From: an uncultured Paenibacillaceae bacterium
Lineage (GTDB): Bacteria > Bacillota > Bacilli > Paenibacillales > CALAME01
Assembly: GCA_937925675.1 (NCBI GenBank)
Contig: CALAME010000086.1
Span: 13,852-77,851 of the forward strand
DNA: 64,000 nt
Direction of reading: 5' to 3'
Shown here: positions 19,822 to 29,702 of the stretch, piece by piece
How the letters are laid out: every line of letters starts with the position of its first letter
Numbering within the stretch: the first letter of the stretch is position 1
The notes under the pieces: generated by a model
Databases searched by the model: none
Told to the model about the DNA's origin: nothing
Seen by the model: only the letters and a program-made list of their open reading frames with translations
Program-made: the position numbers and the translations under genes

Positions 19822-20453
19822 AACATTCGGTCGCATAACCGATGGAGCAAATGCACGTCGTGGCTGATGACCAGTACACCGATTTGCCGCTCTCGAACGA
19901 TGTGAAGCACATTGTGCCAAATTTGCGCTTGCGTGATCGCATCGAGCATCGCTGTCATTTCATCGGCGATAAGAAACCGTGTTTCGGGTCCGAGCGCACG
20001 CGCGATGCAGATGCGCTGGAGCTCTCCACCTGACAATTCATTCGGCCATCGGTCCAGCCAGTCTGTCTCAATGCCTAACATATGCAAAAACGACGCATCG
20101 GGTTGCCACCCTTCGCTGACAATGCGGCGCAAACGCCAGCGCGGATTCACCGCTCGCTCCGGATGCTGGAACACCATCTGCACCGGATGATATCCGGCGT
20201 CATCGGTGTGGGAAATGACCTCATTTCCGAGCAGAACCTTGCCTTCGCTCGGATGGTCGTACCCGGACAAAAGGCGGCCCAATGTCGTTTTGCCGCGTCC
20301 GCTTGGTCCGGTGAGGCCGACAATTTCCCCGGGCCTGATTTCCAGCGTGACCTCGCGAAACAACCATGGTCCGTTCCCGCGCCTGAAACCAAGTCCAATC
20401 GCTCTAAGCGATCTTTTTTTTGGATTCCCGCTGTTTTGTGCTTCAAATGCCAT
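19806..20453 (-). CDS. ABC transporter ATP-binding protein (OppF/NikE-like)
   Basis: Walker A GPSGRGKTT, signature LSGGELQR, Walker B FLIADE. Confidence 0.85.
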   Translation of the reverse strand: MAFEAQNSGNPKKRSLRAIGLGFRRGNGPWLFREVTLEIRPGEIVGLTGPSGRGKTTLGRLLSGYDHPSEGKVLLGNEVISHTDDAGYHPVQMVFQHPERAVNPRWRLRRIVSEGWQPDASFLHMLGIETDWLDRWPNELSGGELQRICIARALGPETRFLIADEMTAMLDAITQAQIWHNVLHIVRERQIGVLVISHDVHLLHRLCDRMLNGLF

Positions 20454-21420
20454 CTGACGCTGCTTCATCTATACTTATGCCTCTTTCGTCATCTTCACTG
20501 TGAGCATGAATGCATCTGACCTGCCCGGCCCTTACGGTACGGAGCTCCGGTCGTGAAAATGTGCATTCCGGACTCGCCTGATCACAGCGCGGAGCAAACA
20601 GACAGCCCGAGGGCCATTTTCCAGGCTGCGGTTGCGTACCCGGAATCGGTGTAAATCCGTTCTGTGGCAGAGCCTGCCAGAGAGCGCGGCTGTAAGGATG
20701 GCGCAGGCGGCTGCCATCCCCTGTAAAATCCGCTGCCGGAGCGATTTCGACCGTCGTTCCCGCATACAGCACGACGACGCGGTCGGCGATAGTGAGCACC
20801 GACTCGATGTCATGCGTAATGACCAACACTGCACAACCCGCGTCGGCATGCTCGCGAAAATGCCTCAGCGCTTCACGTACATCCTCTGCCTGCAAGCCCG
20901 GTGTCGGTTCATCGGCGATGATCACGCGGGCGCCGCTGACGGTTGCGGTGGAGACCAGCACCCTGCGCGCCATGCCACCGGACAATTGAAACGGGTACAT
21001 GTTTTCTGTTTCAGGAGCCAGTCCATATCGGTGGAAAACCTCTCTCTGCGCTGCATAAGGATCATCCCCGCGCACTGACAACCTCACCTGTGCACCGACG
21101 CGCATCAGCGGGTCCAGAAAGCGGACCGATTGTGGCACAAGGGCGATTTCTTTGCCGCGCATTTGTTTCAGCCTTTCCGCATCGAGTGGTTCCCCTCGAT
21201 AACGAATCGTTCCGCTCGCGCTAAAGTTTTCAGGCAGAATGCCGAGCAATGCGTGAGCCAACAGGCTTTTACCGGAGCCGCTCGCCCCGATCACTGCTAC
21301 CACTTCTCCGGCATCAACACTGAACTCGACATCATGCAGTACTTGCACTTTTTCTTTTCCCCATCTGCTTCGGTAGCGCGTAAACGATACGGCCAAACGC
21401 TCGATTTCCAACAGCGGCAT
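20443..21420 (-). CDS. ABC transporter ATP-binding protein (OppD/NikD-like, with a C-terminal Cys-containing extension)
   Basis: Walker A GASGSGKS, signature LSGGMARR, Walker B IIADEPT. The ORF is open to a GTG at 21474, but the ATG at 21420 (MPLLEIERL) has AAAGGGG upstream. Confidence 0.85.
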   Translation of the reverse strand: MPLLEIERLAVSFTRYRSRWGKEKVQVLHDVEFSVDAGEVVAVIGASGSGKSLLAHALLGILPENFSASGTIRYRGEPLDAERLKQMRGKEIALVPQSVRFLDPLMRVGAQVRLSVRGDDPYAAQREVFHRYGLAPETENMYPFQLSGGMARRVLVSTATVSGARVIIADEPTPGLQAEDVREALRHFREHADAGCAVLVITHDIESVLTIADRVVVLYAGTTVEIAPAADFTGDGSRLRHPYSRALWQALPQNGFTPIPGTQPQPGKWPSGCLFAPRCDQASPECTFSRPELRTVRAGQVRCIHAHSEDDERGISIDEAASDGI

Positions 21421-21473
21421 CGCGCTTCGCCCCTTTCTTCTTTTGCCAAGGTCTTTATTCTTTTCATCCTGCA

Positions 21474-22289
21474 CTACAACCGTGCATGCCGCGGATCCGT
21501 CAGCAAGCGCAACTGTTCACCGAGCCGGTCGAACATGCGCACGATGATCAAAAGACACAAACCCGGAAAAACAGCCAGCCACCACATGCCGGTAGATAAA
21601 TAACGCATCGATTCGGACAGGATGATGCCAACCGCCGGCTCATGGGGCGACAGGCCAAGACCGAGAAAAGAGATAGCTGCTTCATGCAGGATCGCATGCG
21701 GAAACAGCAGCAAAAAACCGACGAGGACTTGCGGCCATAAATGCGGAAACACATGGTGCCATGCGATCCAGCGGCGCGAACGCCCCAGCCGGCGGGAAAT
21801 GGCCACATAATCTGCGGTCATCACCTGCATCGCCTCCGCGCGGACGATACGTGCCAGGTTGGGCCAATGGGTCAGGGCCACCGCGATGATCACGCCCCGC
21901 ATACCTCCGCCGGAAACAAATGCGATCAGGATCAGCGTGACCAGATGAGGGACGCTTAAAAACAGGTCAATGAGCCATGATACGAGTCGGTCGGCGGCCT
22001 TGCCCAGGGTTGCGGCAGCCAGTCCCAGTACAGTCGCAATCAGAGCGCTGCACGCTGCGCCCGCCAATCCGACCTGGATGCTGACCGAAAGTCCCTTGAG
22101 CGTGCGTTGCAACATATCTCTCCCCAGCCAATCTGTTCCGAACGGATGGGAGATTGAAGGCGGGAGGTTGCGCAACTCCAGACGGGTTTCCATTTGCTCG
22201 ACAGGGATCAGCGTCCCCCATACAGCGATCACAATGAGCAAAACGGACGCAACGATTACCGTCAGGAGTGCCCGCAAGCGCAAGTTCAT
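21474..22289 (-). CDS. ABC transporter permease (OppC/DppC/NikC-like)
   Basis: 271 aa, multi-TM, BPD_transp_1-type core. Its stop overlaps the next start. Confidence 0.9.
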   Translation of the reverse strand: MNLRLRALLTVIVASVLLIVIAVWGTLIPVEQMETRLELRNLPPSISHPFGTDWLGRDMLQRTLKGLSVSIQVGLAGAACSALIATVLGLAAATLGKAADRLVSWLIDLFLSVPHLVTLILIAFVSGGGMRGVIIAVALTHWPNLARIVRAEAMQVMTADYVAISRRLGRSRRWIAWHHVFPHLWPQVLVGFLLLFPHAILHEAAISFLGLGLSPHEPAVGIILSESMRYLSTGMWWLAVFPGLCLLIIVRMFDRLGEQLRLLTDPRHARL

Positions 22290-23281
22290 GACGCTTGCGC
22301 CTCCCTTAGCCGCGGATCGATGACCCGGTAGATGAAATCTGCGATCGCATTGCCGATGAAAACAAACACCGTGCTGAACAGCACAATCCCGAGCAAAAGC
22401 GGCACATCGCCCCTCAATCCCGCTTCCACCATTGCCTCTCCAAGCCCGGGGTACGAAAACACATGTTCAACAAGCACCGTGCCGCCGAACAGTTCACTGA
22501 ACGAGGCAAACTGCAAGGTGAGCGCGGGAAAAGCGATATTGCGCAAACCGTGCCGCCTGTAGATCGACAAGGGGGTTTCTCCCCGTGCTCGGGCAAACAG
22601 CACATAGTCACTGGAAAGCACCTCGATCAGCTTCTGCCGGGTATGCAGCGCGATGGGGGCAATACCGACAATGCTGAGCGTTATAGCCGGCAAAACGAGA
22701 TGTTCCAGCTTGTCCAGCCACGTCACCTGTTCGGCGAGCACGCCGGCGGGAACTCCCATGCCGACCGGAAACCAGCCGAGCCATACCGAAAACACGACCA
22801 TAAGGACCAAACCAAGCCAAAAAGCAGGCGTCGCTGCCAGCGTGTAGCAGTACCAGACGATGAAACGGTCAAACCAGGAATCCTTTTTCATCGCGGCCAA
22901 AGAACCGGCCAAAAATCCGATCACGCCGGACATTAACCATGCGGCCAACATCAGCAACAGTGAATGGAAAAACTGTTCTTGAATGACTTTAGCCACCGGT
23001 TCCCGATATATCATCGATGTGCCCAGATCGCCCCGGACCACCGCAGAGGCCCAGCGCAAATACCTTTCGGGCGGCGGAGCATCGAGCCCCCAATAGGCCG
23101 CAATATTTTCCCTTTGCTCTGCGCCGACCCGCATGAGATCAGCGCCGATATAAGCCTGTACCGGATCGATCGGAGACAAGCTGACCAGAGAGAAAGAAAG
23201 GATGGAAACAGCGATCAGCAACGTAACCAGCCGCGCTGCTTTCCGCACGAAAAAAGCACCTGTCCGGCGGAGCCCATACAT
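22286..23281 (-). CDS. ABC transporter permease (OppB/DppB/NikB-like)
   Basis: Multi-TM. The start at MYGLRRTG (23281) has GAGGAGTGGG upstream and clears the binding-protein stop at 23299. Confidence 0.9.
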   Translation of the reverse strand: MYGLRRTGAFFVRKAARLVTLLIAVSILSFSLVSLSPIDPVQAYIGADLMRVGAEQRENIAAYWGLDAPPPERYLRWASAVVRGDLGTSMIYREPVAKVIQEQFFHSLLLMLAAWLMSGVIGFLAGSLAAMKKDSWFDRFIVWYCYTLAATPAFWLGLVLMVVFSVWLGWFPVGMGVPAGVLAEQVTWLDKLEHLVLPAITLSIVGIAPIALHTRQKLIEVLSSDYVLFARARGETPLSIYRRHGLRNIAFPALTLQFASFSELFGGTVLVEHVFSYPGLGEAMVEAGLRGDVPLLLGIVLFSTVFVFIGNAIADFIYRVIDPRLREAQAS

Positions 23282-23298
23282 AGAGTCCCACTCCTCGT

Positions 23299-24948
23299 TC
23301 AATCGATCCATTTCCACTCCCCAATGTTATCGGTGACCGGCCACCCATGTCCATGCGGTTGTATATGCGGTCTGCCGATGTCCAGATTTTCCCGTACGAA
23401 ATACAGATGGTCAATATTGACAAGCCATGCCCACGGTGCGTCCCCTCGAGCACTCAACCCGTGCTTGCCATCCCATTGGGCCTTTTTCCAATACGGGATC
23501 GCCTCTTGCTCGGTGCGGGCCGTGAGCGCTTTTTCCATCCATGCGTCAACGACCGGATTTTCGTAATATCCGGGATTAAAGTAGTCGATCCCCTTCATCG
23601 TACCGGCATGCAGATGATACATTTCCAGCGGATCAAGGCTGCCCCAGCCGAACAGGACAGCATGGGCATGCATCATTTTGCGCAATTCGTCCCAGCTCTT
23701 TCCTTCCACATGGATGTGTATTCCGGCGGGTCTGACCATGTCTTTGACCGCCAGCGCAAGCGACTGCCTGGTCAGATCGGAGGCAGGATAAAGCAATGTA
23801 AATTCCGCCCTGCGTCCATCTTTCTCCATGATCCCGTCGCTGGCAAGCGACCATCCTCCTTGTGCGAGAATTTCAATCGCGCGTGCAGGATCCCCATCCT
23901 CAATCACGGATTCCTCATTCCACCACGGCAGTCCGTCCACGGCCGTGTAAGCGGGTGTACCGAACCCTTCCAGCACACCTTCTACCAGTTTGTTGCGGTC
24001 GATTGCCACATTGACCGCTTTGCGTATGGCGATATCTGCTGTCACATCATTGCCAACCGGATAGCCATCCTCCCTTTCCACTTCGCCTGCTTTCACGTAT
24101 GGAAACATGATGCCGCGGTTGTCCACGGTGCGGAGGTTGACCAGACGGTACCCCGCTATGTTCTGGCGTGCAAAAGCGGCGGGAACTTGAGCCATATCCA
24201 CCTGGCCCGCCCGGACAGCGGCAAACGCCGTATCTTCATCCATAAACAGAAATGTCAACTTGTCAAACGGCGGCTTTTCCCCGTAATAGAGCGGATTGGC
24301 TTCGACGATGAGCTGCTGGCCTCTGTCCCATTGCACGAGACGGTACGGACCGGATCCGACCGGATGGCGGCTGTAGTCATCGCTATAGGCATGTTTCGGT
24401 ACGATCCCGGTCGCCGCGAGTATGGACACAAACGTGGAGTTCGGGCGTTTCAAGACGAAACGGACCGTATGTTCATCCACCGCTTCCACTCGCTCGAGAT
24501 CGGTCAGATCGACGACAGAGCCACTCTTTGCTGCCGTTTCAAAAGTGAATTGGACGTCTTCGGCCGTAAGCGGCACCCCATCGGAGAACACAACGTCACC
24601 GCGCAACGTCACCGTCCACACTTTGCCCTCATCATCCACTTCATAACCGGTGGCAAGATCGTTCACGATGTTCATCTCGCTGTCCCGCTTGAACAGGGTG
24701 CTCTGGAAAAGCGGGGAACCATAGCGGCCCCATCCCGTCGTCGGATCGAACCCCTCCTCCGGTTCGGAACCGATGGCGAGAATCAGTTCCTTCCGTCCCG
24801 TTGCGGGTTCTGTGCGCGCATACGTTTCATCCTTGACATCCGCATCGGTTGAGCGGGTGCACGCCGCCAGCACCAACAGTGCAAGCAGCAATATCGCCAG
24901 CATCACGTTGTTTTTATCTACTCGCCGGTTGCGGGAACCTTTGTTCAT
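23299..24948 (-). CDS. family-5 (peptide/nickel/opine type) ABC substrate-binding lipoprotein
   Basis: Start MNKGSRNRR...LLLALLVLAAC (lipobox), about 549 aa. AGAGGAGTGGGG lies upstream of the ATG at 24948. Confidence 0.9.
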   Translation of the reverse strand: MNKGSRNRRVDKNNVMLAILLLALLVLAACTRSTDADVKDETYARTEPATGRKELILAIGSEPEEGFDPTTGWGRYGSPLFQSTLFKRDSEMNIVNDLATGYEVDDEGKVWTVTLRGDVVFSDGVPLTAEDVQFTFETAAKSGSVVDLTDLERVEAVDEHTVRFVLKRPNSTFVSILAATGIVPKHAYSDDYSRHPVGSGPYRLVQWDRGQQLIVEANPLYYGEKPPFDKLTFLFMDEDTAFAAVRAGQVDMAQVPAAFARQNIAGYRLVNLRTVDNRGIMFPYVKAGEVEREDGYPVGNDVTADIAIRKAVNVAIDRNKLVEGVLEGFGTPAYTAVDGLPWWNEESVIEDGDPARAIEILAQGGWSLASDGIMEKDGRRAEFTLLYPASDLTRQSLALAVKDMVRPAGIHIHVEGKSWDELRKMMHAHAVLFGWGSLDPLEMYHLHAGTMKGIDYFNPGYYENPVVDAWMEKALTARTEQEAIPYWKKAQWDGKHGLSARGDAPWAWLVNIDHLYFVRENLDIGRPHIQPHGHGWPVTDNIGEWKWID

Positions 24949-25119
24949 GACCCCACTCCTCTGTCCGTATATCCCATTCCAATCACACCCTAAATAGTAG
25001 CACATTTTGTTCAATTTGTGTTACCAAAATCATTGCAGTTGCAAGGGTGAAAAAGGATAGAAGGAAATCGGTGGAAGAAATAGAATTTAAACTAAAATCC
25101 ATATTTTGGGAGGAATAGA

Positions 25120-25779
25120 ATGTTCAGAAAAAGATTAAGGAACGTTTGGTGTGGAATCGTGGCTTTGATGATCTGCTGGGGACCGGTGAGCGGATTTGCG
25201 TTTGGCGAATATGTGGATATAGAAGTCATTATAGACGGGGAACTCTTGGATACCGGCGGCATGACCTTGATCAAGGACGGGAGGGTGATCGTGCCGATGC
25301 GGGGAGTATTCGAAGCGCTGGGGGCAAACATCGATTGGCAACCCGATACTCGTACGGTTCGCGCTGTCAAGGGAGGGCGTGTCGTACAACTGACGATCGG
25401 TGAATCGGCAGCTTTGGTTAACGGCAGTCCGATCGAATTGTCCGTACCCGGTCAAATTGTAAAGGGCCGCACCTTGGTGCCGCTTCGTTTCGTATCTGAA
25501 AGTACCGGCGCCTATGTTCACTGGAACGGAAAAGAACGGGTCGTTTCCATATCGAGCGATGGCACCCCGCAAGTGTACCCTTCCCATTTTGTACATATCA
25601 ACTCGGCAGATGTGGACACGCTGACCCGCATCATTCATATCAGCCGAGCCCGCGCTGAACAGATCATCCGCCTGCGCGAAGAGAAAAAGTTTGAATCGTA
25701 CGAAGACTTGCTACGAATTCGCGGCATCGGAGAAGTACGCCTGCAGCAAATTCGCGAGCAAGGCCTGATCCGTTTTTGA
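25120..25779 (+). CDS. secreted protein with a copper-amine-oxidase-N-like (stalk) domain fused to a ComEA-type helix-hairpin-helix domain
   Basis: Signal-like N-terminus, then GRVIVPMRGVFEALGANIDW...GRTLVPLRFVSESTGAYVHW (stalk-domain repeats). C-terminal INSADVDTLTRI...LLRIRGIGEVRLQQI (HhH). Confidence 0.75.
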   Translation: MFRKRLRNVWCGIVALMICWGPVSGFAFGEYVDIEVIIDGELLDTGGMTLIKDGRVIVPMRGVFEALGANIDWQPDTRTVRAVKGGRVVQLTIGESAALVNGSPIELSVPGQIVKGRTLVPLRFVSESTGAYVHWNGKERVVSISSDGTPQVYPSHFVHINSADVDTLTRIIHISRARAEQIIRLREEKKFESYEDLLRIRGIGEVRLQQIREQGLIRF

Positions 25780-25787
25780 AAAAGGAA

Positions 25788-25838
25788 AAAGAAAGGAATT
25801 CCCTTTATGAATACGCCTCAAAGGGAATTCCTTTCTTT
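25788..25838. terminator. bidirectional terminator between convergent genes
   Basis: 19-bp perfect stem AAAGAAAGGAATTCCCTTT / AAAGGGAATTCCTTTCTTT with a 13-nt loop and T-rich flanks on both strands. Confidence 0.7.
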
Positions 25839-25844
25839 ATATCC

Positions 25845-27734
25845 TCAGTGGCTTGCCACCATCACTTTGCATACATCGTTGGCGAATTGAACCGGGTCTT
25901 CCACCGGCAACCCTTCAATGAGCAATGCCTGGTTGTACAGCAACTGCGTATAGAGGTTGAGCTTTTCCTTGTCGTTTTCGTAAGCGTCCTTCAACGTGCG
26001 GAACACTTCGTGTTCAGTGTTGATCTCCAGCACTTTTTGCGCTTGCACACCCGGATTGTCCGGAACAATTTTGAGCACTTTTTCCATTTCGATGGAGATC
26101 TCACCTTCAACGGAGAAACATACCGGATGCGTTCTGAGCCGCTGTGAAGCGCGCACATCTTTCACTTTGCCTTCCAGCTGTTTTTTCATATATTCAAACA
26201 GCTCTTTGTGTTCGTCCTGATCCTTGTCCGCCTTTTCTTTCTCCGCTTCGTCATCGAGACCGAGATCGCCACTGTAAACGGAGCGGAACGATTTGCCCTT
26301 GTAGTCTCCCATCATCTTGATGGCAAACTCGTCCACATCTTCCGTGAAGCACAAAATGTCATATCCTTTTTCCGCCACCCGTTCCGTCTGCGGCAGTTTG
26401 CTGATCCGTTCCACCGATTCGCCAGTTGCATAGTAAATATATTTTTGCTTTTCAGGCATCGCCGATACATATTCGTCCAGCGTGATCCGCTTTTTCTCTT
26501 TCGTCGAGTAAAACAGGATCAGATCCTGCAGGTCTTCCTTGTTGGCCCCAAAATCGCTGTAAATGCCGTATTTCAACTGGCGTCCGAACGAGTCGAAAAA
26601 TTTTTCGTAATTTTCCCGGTCTTCCTTGAGCATTTTCAGCAATTCGTTTTTGATGCGGCTCTTGATGTTTTTGGCGATCTGTTTCAGCTGACGGTCATGC
26701 TGCAACATTTCTCGGGAAATATTGAGCGACAAATCCTCGGAATCGACCATGCCTTTTACAAAACTGAAATAGTCTGGCAGCAAATCCGGACATTTCTCCA
26801 TAATCAGTACGCCGCTGGAATAAAGCTCAAGTCCCTTTTCATATTCTTTCGTGTAATAATCAAGCGGCGTTTTTTCGGGAATATAGAGGATCGCCCGGTA
26901 AACGAGCGTGCCGTCAGCGTGAATGTGCACATACCGGAGCGGTCTGTCGAAGCCGTACCGTTTCTCGGTATAAAAGTGATAATAGTCTTCATCGGTCAGC
27001 TCGTTTTTGTTTTTGCGCCAGATCGGCACCATGCTGTTGATGGTCTGTTCCTCGACGACAGTTTCAAATTCGTTCTCTTTGCCTTCCTTCGGCTTGCTGA
27101 CCGACACATCCATCTTGATCGGGTAACGGATGAAATCCGAATACTTTTTGATGATCGTCCGAAGCCGGTACTCTTCTAAAAATTCGTCGTAATTTTCCTC
27201 CTCCGTATTTGGCTTGATGTGCAAGATGATGTCCGTTCCCACTTCCGCTTTTTCCGCGGGCCGGATCGTGTAACCGTCCACGCCGGACGATTCCCATTTC
27301 CACGCCTCATCGCTGCCCAGTGCGCGGCTGATCACCGTCACCTTGTCAGCCACCATAAAAGCGGAGTAAAAACCGACCCCGAACTGCCCGATAATCTCAT
27401 GTCCCTCTTGTTTCTCAATGTTTTCCTTGAACATGAGGGAACCGCTGCGGGCAATGGTCCCCAGATTTTGGTCCAGTTCTTCTTTGGTCATGCCGATTCC
27501 CGTATCGGAAATCGTCAACGTCCGGCTCGCCTTGTCCGGTTTGATTTTAATGTAATAGTCGTCTTTGTTGAATTCGATCGACTCGTCGGTCAACGCTTTG
27601 TAATACACTTTGTCGATCGCGTCGCTGGCATTGGAAATCAGTTCTCTTAAAAATATTTCTTTGTGCGTGTAAATGGAGTTGATCATTAACTCCAACAGCC
27701 GTTTGGATTCAGCCTTAAACTGTTTCTTTGCCAT
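25845..27734 (-). CDS. htpG: molecular chaperone HtpG (Hsp90)
   Basis: [42 protein letters not shown] is the canonical HtpG N-terminus. AAGGGAGA lies upstream of the ATG at 27734. Confidence 0.95.
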   Translation of the reverse strand: MAKKQFKAESKRLLELMINSIYTHKEIFLRELISNASDAIDKVYYKALTDESIEFNKDDYYIKIKPDKASRTLTISDTGIGMTKEELDQNLGTIARSGSLMFKENIEKQEGHEIIGQFGVGFYSAFMVADKVTVISRALGSDEAWKWESSGVDGYTIRPAEKAEVGTDIILHIKPNTEEENYDEFLEEYRLRTIIKKYSDFIRYPIKMDVSVSKPKEGKENEFETVVEEQTINSMVPIWRKNKNELTDEDYYHFYTEKRYGFDRPLRYVHIHADGTLVYRAILYIPEKTPLDYYTKEYEKGLELYSSGVLIMEKCPDLLPDYFSFVKGMVDSEDLSLNISREMLQHDRQLKQIAKNIKSRIKNELLKMLKEDRENYEKFFDSFGRQLKYGIYSDFGANKEDLQDLILFYSTKEKKRITLDEYVSAMPEKQKYIYYATGESVERISKLPQTERVAEKGYDILCFTEDVDEFAIKMMGDYKGKSFRSVYSGDLGLDDEAEKEKADKDQDEHKELFEYMKKQLEGKVKDVRASQRLRTHPVCFSVEGEISIEMEKVLKIVPDNPGVQAQKVLEINTEHEVFRTLKDAYENDKEKLNLYTQLLYNQALLIEGLPVEDPVQFANDVCKVMVASH

Positions 27735-27852
27735 CTCGGATTCTCCCTTACCCCAATTGTTAGCACTCATAGTCTATGACTGCTAATCAACTTGTTTATA
27801 CCATACAACAAATTTCCATGTCAACCTGGAATTCCGGGATGGACCATCGTAC

Positions 27853-27912
27853 AAAAAAAGGAAATTCCCGGCCGCCATCGATGCGGGATCGATCTTCGGC
27901 ACCGGAATTTCC
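27853..27912 (-). terminator. rho-independent terminator downstream of cysI
   Basis: Arms GGAAATTCCCGG (27860-27871) and ACCGGAATTTCC (27901-27912), followed on the minus strand by a T7 run. Confidence 0.65.
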
Positions 27913-27946
27913 TTGTCATTAAGAACCATTTTTGTCAAGAACGCCG

Positions 27947-29671
27947 TCAGGCGTGAAAATCCTGGCCGGAGTAAACGGGTTTTACATAACCGGCACGAAT
28001 GACAAAATCTCCGAAACGTTCTCCTTCTTTGCGTTCTTTGGCATAATGGTGAAAAATCGGTCGCAACGATTCGATAATTTCTTCTTCTCCGATGTTTTCC
28101 TTGTATAATTTGTTCAGCCGCTCGCCCGCAAATCCACCGCCGAGATACAGATTGTATTTGCCCGGAGCCTTGCCGATCAGGCCGATTTCACCCAAGGCGG
28201 GGCGTCCGCATCCGTTCGGGCAGCCGGTCATGCGGATCGTGATCTCCTCGTCTTTCAGACCCGCTTCTTCAAGGATCGGTTCCAGCTTGCTGAGAAGCAC
28301 GGGCAAGTAACGTTCCGATTCGGCCATCGCCAACCCGCAAGTCGGCAATGCGACGCAGGAGATGGAGTTTCTGCGCAGGGCAGAGTTGTATCTGCCGTCG
28401 GTCAGGCCGTATTTTTCAACCAGTTCATTGATGATCTTTTTCTTCTGGCTCGTCACGTTGGCAATCATGACGTTCTGGTTCGGGGTCAGTCGGAAATCAC
28501 CGGTATGCACCTTGGCAATCTCGCGCAATCCCGTCAAAAGCTGGGCGTCTTCGGTATCGCGTATACGGCCGCTTTGAATGAACAATGTCAGATGCCAGCG
28601 GTTGTTGCTTCCTTTGACCCAACCGTAGCGGTCCCCATTATGCTCGAACTTGAACGGCCTTGCCTCTTCCAGTTTCCAGCCGAGGCGACGCTCCAGTTCT
28701 TCCTTGAACCATTCAATGCCGCGGTCATCGATCGTATATTTGAGCCGGGCATGTTTGCGCACAGAACGATCGCCGTAATCCCGCTGTATGGTCACGACTT
28801 TTTCCGCCACATCGACGATCCGGTCCGGCACACAAAAGCCGATGACCCGCGCCAGCTGGGGATAGGTTTTCGGATCGCCGTGGGTCATTCCCATGCCGCC
28901 GCCAACCGCCACATTGAAACCGGTCAGCTTGCCGTCTTCCACGATTGCAATAAAGCCGAGATCCTGGGAAAACACGTCGACATCGTTGGAAGGCGGTATC
29001 GCCAGGCCGATCTTGAATTTGCGCGGCAAGTAAAGCGGGCCGTAGATCGGTTCGACCTCTTCCTGTTCGCGGCTGTCAACGACTTTCTCACCGTCCAGCC
29101 AAATTTCATGGTAGGCCGGGGTGCGTGGAGCGAGATGGTTGCTGATATGTTGAGCCCATTCGTACACTTCCGCATGGATTTCCGACTGGTACGGATTCGG
29201 ATTGCACATGACGTTGCGGCTGACGTCACCGCATGCGGCCAACGTGGTCATCAGTGCTTCATTGATCGTGCGGATCGTTTTTTTCAAATCCCATTTCAAT
29301 ACGCCGTGCAACTGAAAAGCTTGCCGGGTAGTGATTCTGAGAGAATGGTTCGCGTATTTGCGCGCCAATTCATCCAGGACAAGCCACTGCTCTGGCGTGG
29401 CCACACCGCCGGGAGCACATACGCGCACCATAAACTGGTAGGACGGCTCCAGCTTCTGCTTGGCCCGTTCGTTGCGCACATCCCGATCGTCCTGCATATA
29501 GCTGCCGTGAAATTTCAAGATCCGGTTGTCTTCTTCCGGCAAGCCTCCGGTAATCGGATCTTCCAACGATTCTGCCAACGTCCCGCGCAAATAGCGGCTG
29601 TTATACTTGATATGCTCAACGTCACTGTGCGTCTCATCCGGTTTCGTAATGACCGGTTTGTGTTGTGACAT
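27947..29671 (-). CDS. cysI: assimilatory sulfite reductase (NADPH) hemoprotein beta subunit
   Basis: 574 aa. N-terminus ...[19 protein letters not shown], and a C-terminal Cys cluster [10 protein letters not shown]...TGCPNGC typical of CysI. Confidence 0.95.
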   Translation of the reverse strand: MSQHKPVITKPDETHSDVEHIKYNSRYLRGTLAESLEDPITGGLPEEDNRILKFHGSYMQDDRDVRNERAKQKLEPSYQFMVRVCAPGGVATPEQWLVLDELARKYANHSLRITTRQAFQLHGVLKWDLKKTIRTINEALMTTLAACGDVSRNVMCNPNPYQSEIHAEVYEWAQHISNHLAPRTPAYHEIWLDGEKVVDSREQEEVEPIYGPLYLPRKFKIGLAIPPSNDVDVFSQDLGFIAIVEDGKLTGFNVAVGGGMGMTHGDPKTYPQLARVIGFCVPDRIVDVAEKVVTIQRDYGDRSVRKHARLKYTIDDRGIEWFKEELERRLGWKLEEARPFKFEHNGDRYGWVKGSNNRWHLTLFIQSGRIRDTEDAQLLTGLREIAKVHTGDFRLTPNQNVMIANVTSQKKKIINELVEKYGLTDGRYNSALRRNSISCVALPTCGLAMAESERYLPVLLSKLEPILEEAGLKDEEITIRMTGCPNGCGRPALGEIGLIGKAPGKYNLYLGGGFAGERLNKLYKENIGEEEIIESLRPIFHHYAKERKEGERFGDFVIRAGYVKPVYSGQDFHA

Positions 29672-29702
29672 CGCCTATCGCTCTCCTTTCCCATGGTCGC
29701 TT

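Noticed and set aside
23347-24852. 501-aa plus-strand ORF inside the family-5 binding-protein gene
   Set aside because: Antisense shadow ORF. The minus-strand product has a signal peptide, a lipobox and binding-protein-like sequence throughout. The plus-strand product is low-complexity (R/H/F/I-rich).
19806-24948. Naming the five-gene importer nikABCDE (nickel) or opp/dpp
   Set aside because: The family assignment (family-5 binding protein, two permeases, two ATPases) is clear. The substrate cannot be inferred from sequence by eye, and no NikR-like regulator or metal riboswitch is adjacent.
28505-29668. 387-aa plus-strand ORF opposite cysI, with similar long antisense ORFs at 26208..27179, 53315..54283, 57045..58073, 47624..48346 and 62319..63488
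   Set aside because: All lie opposite genes with unambiguous family signatures on the other strand. Their composition is typical of antisense frames in a moderately GC-rich genome.
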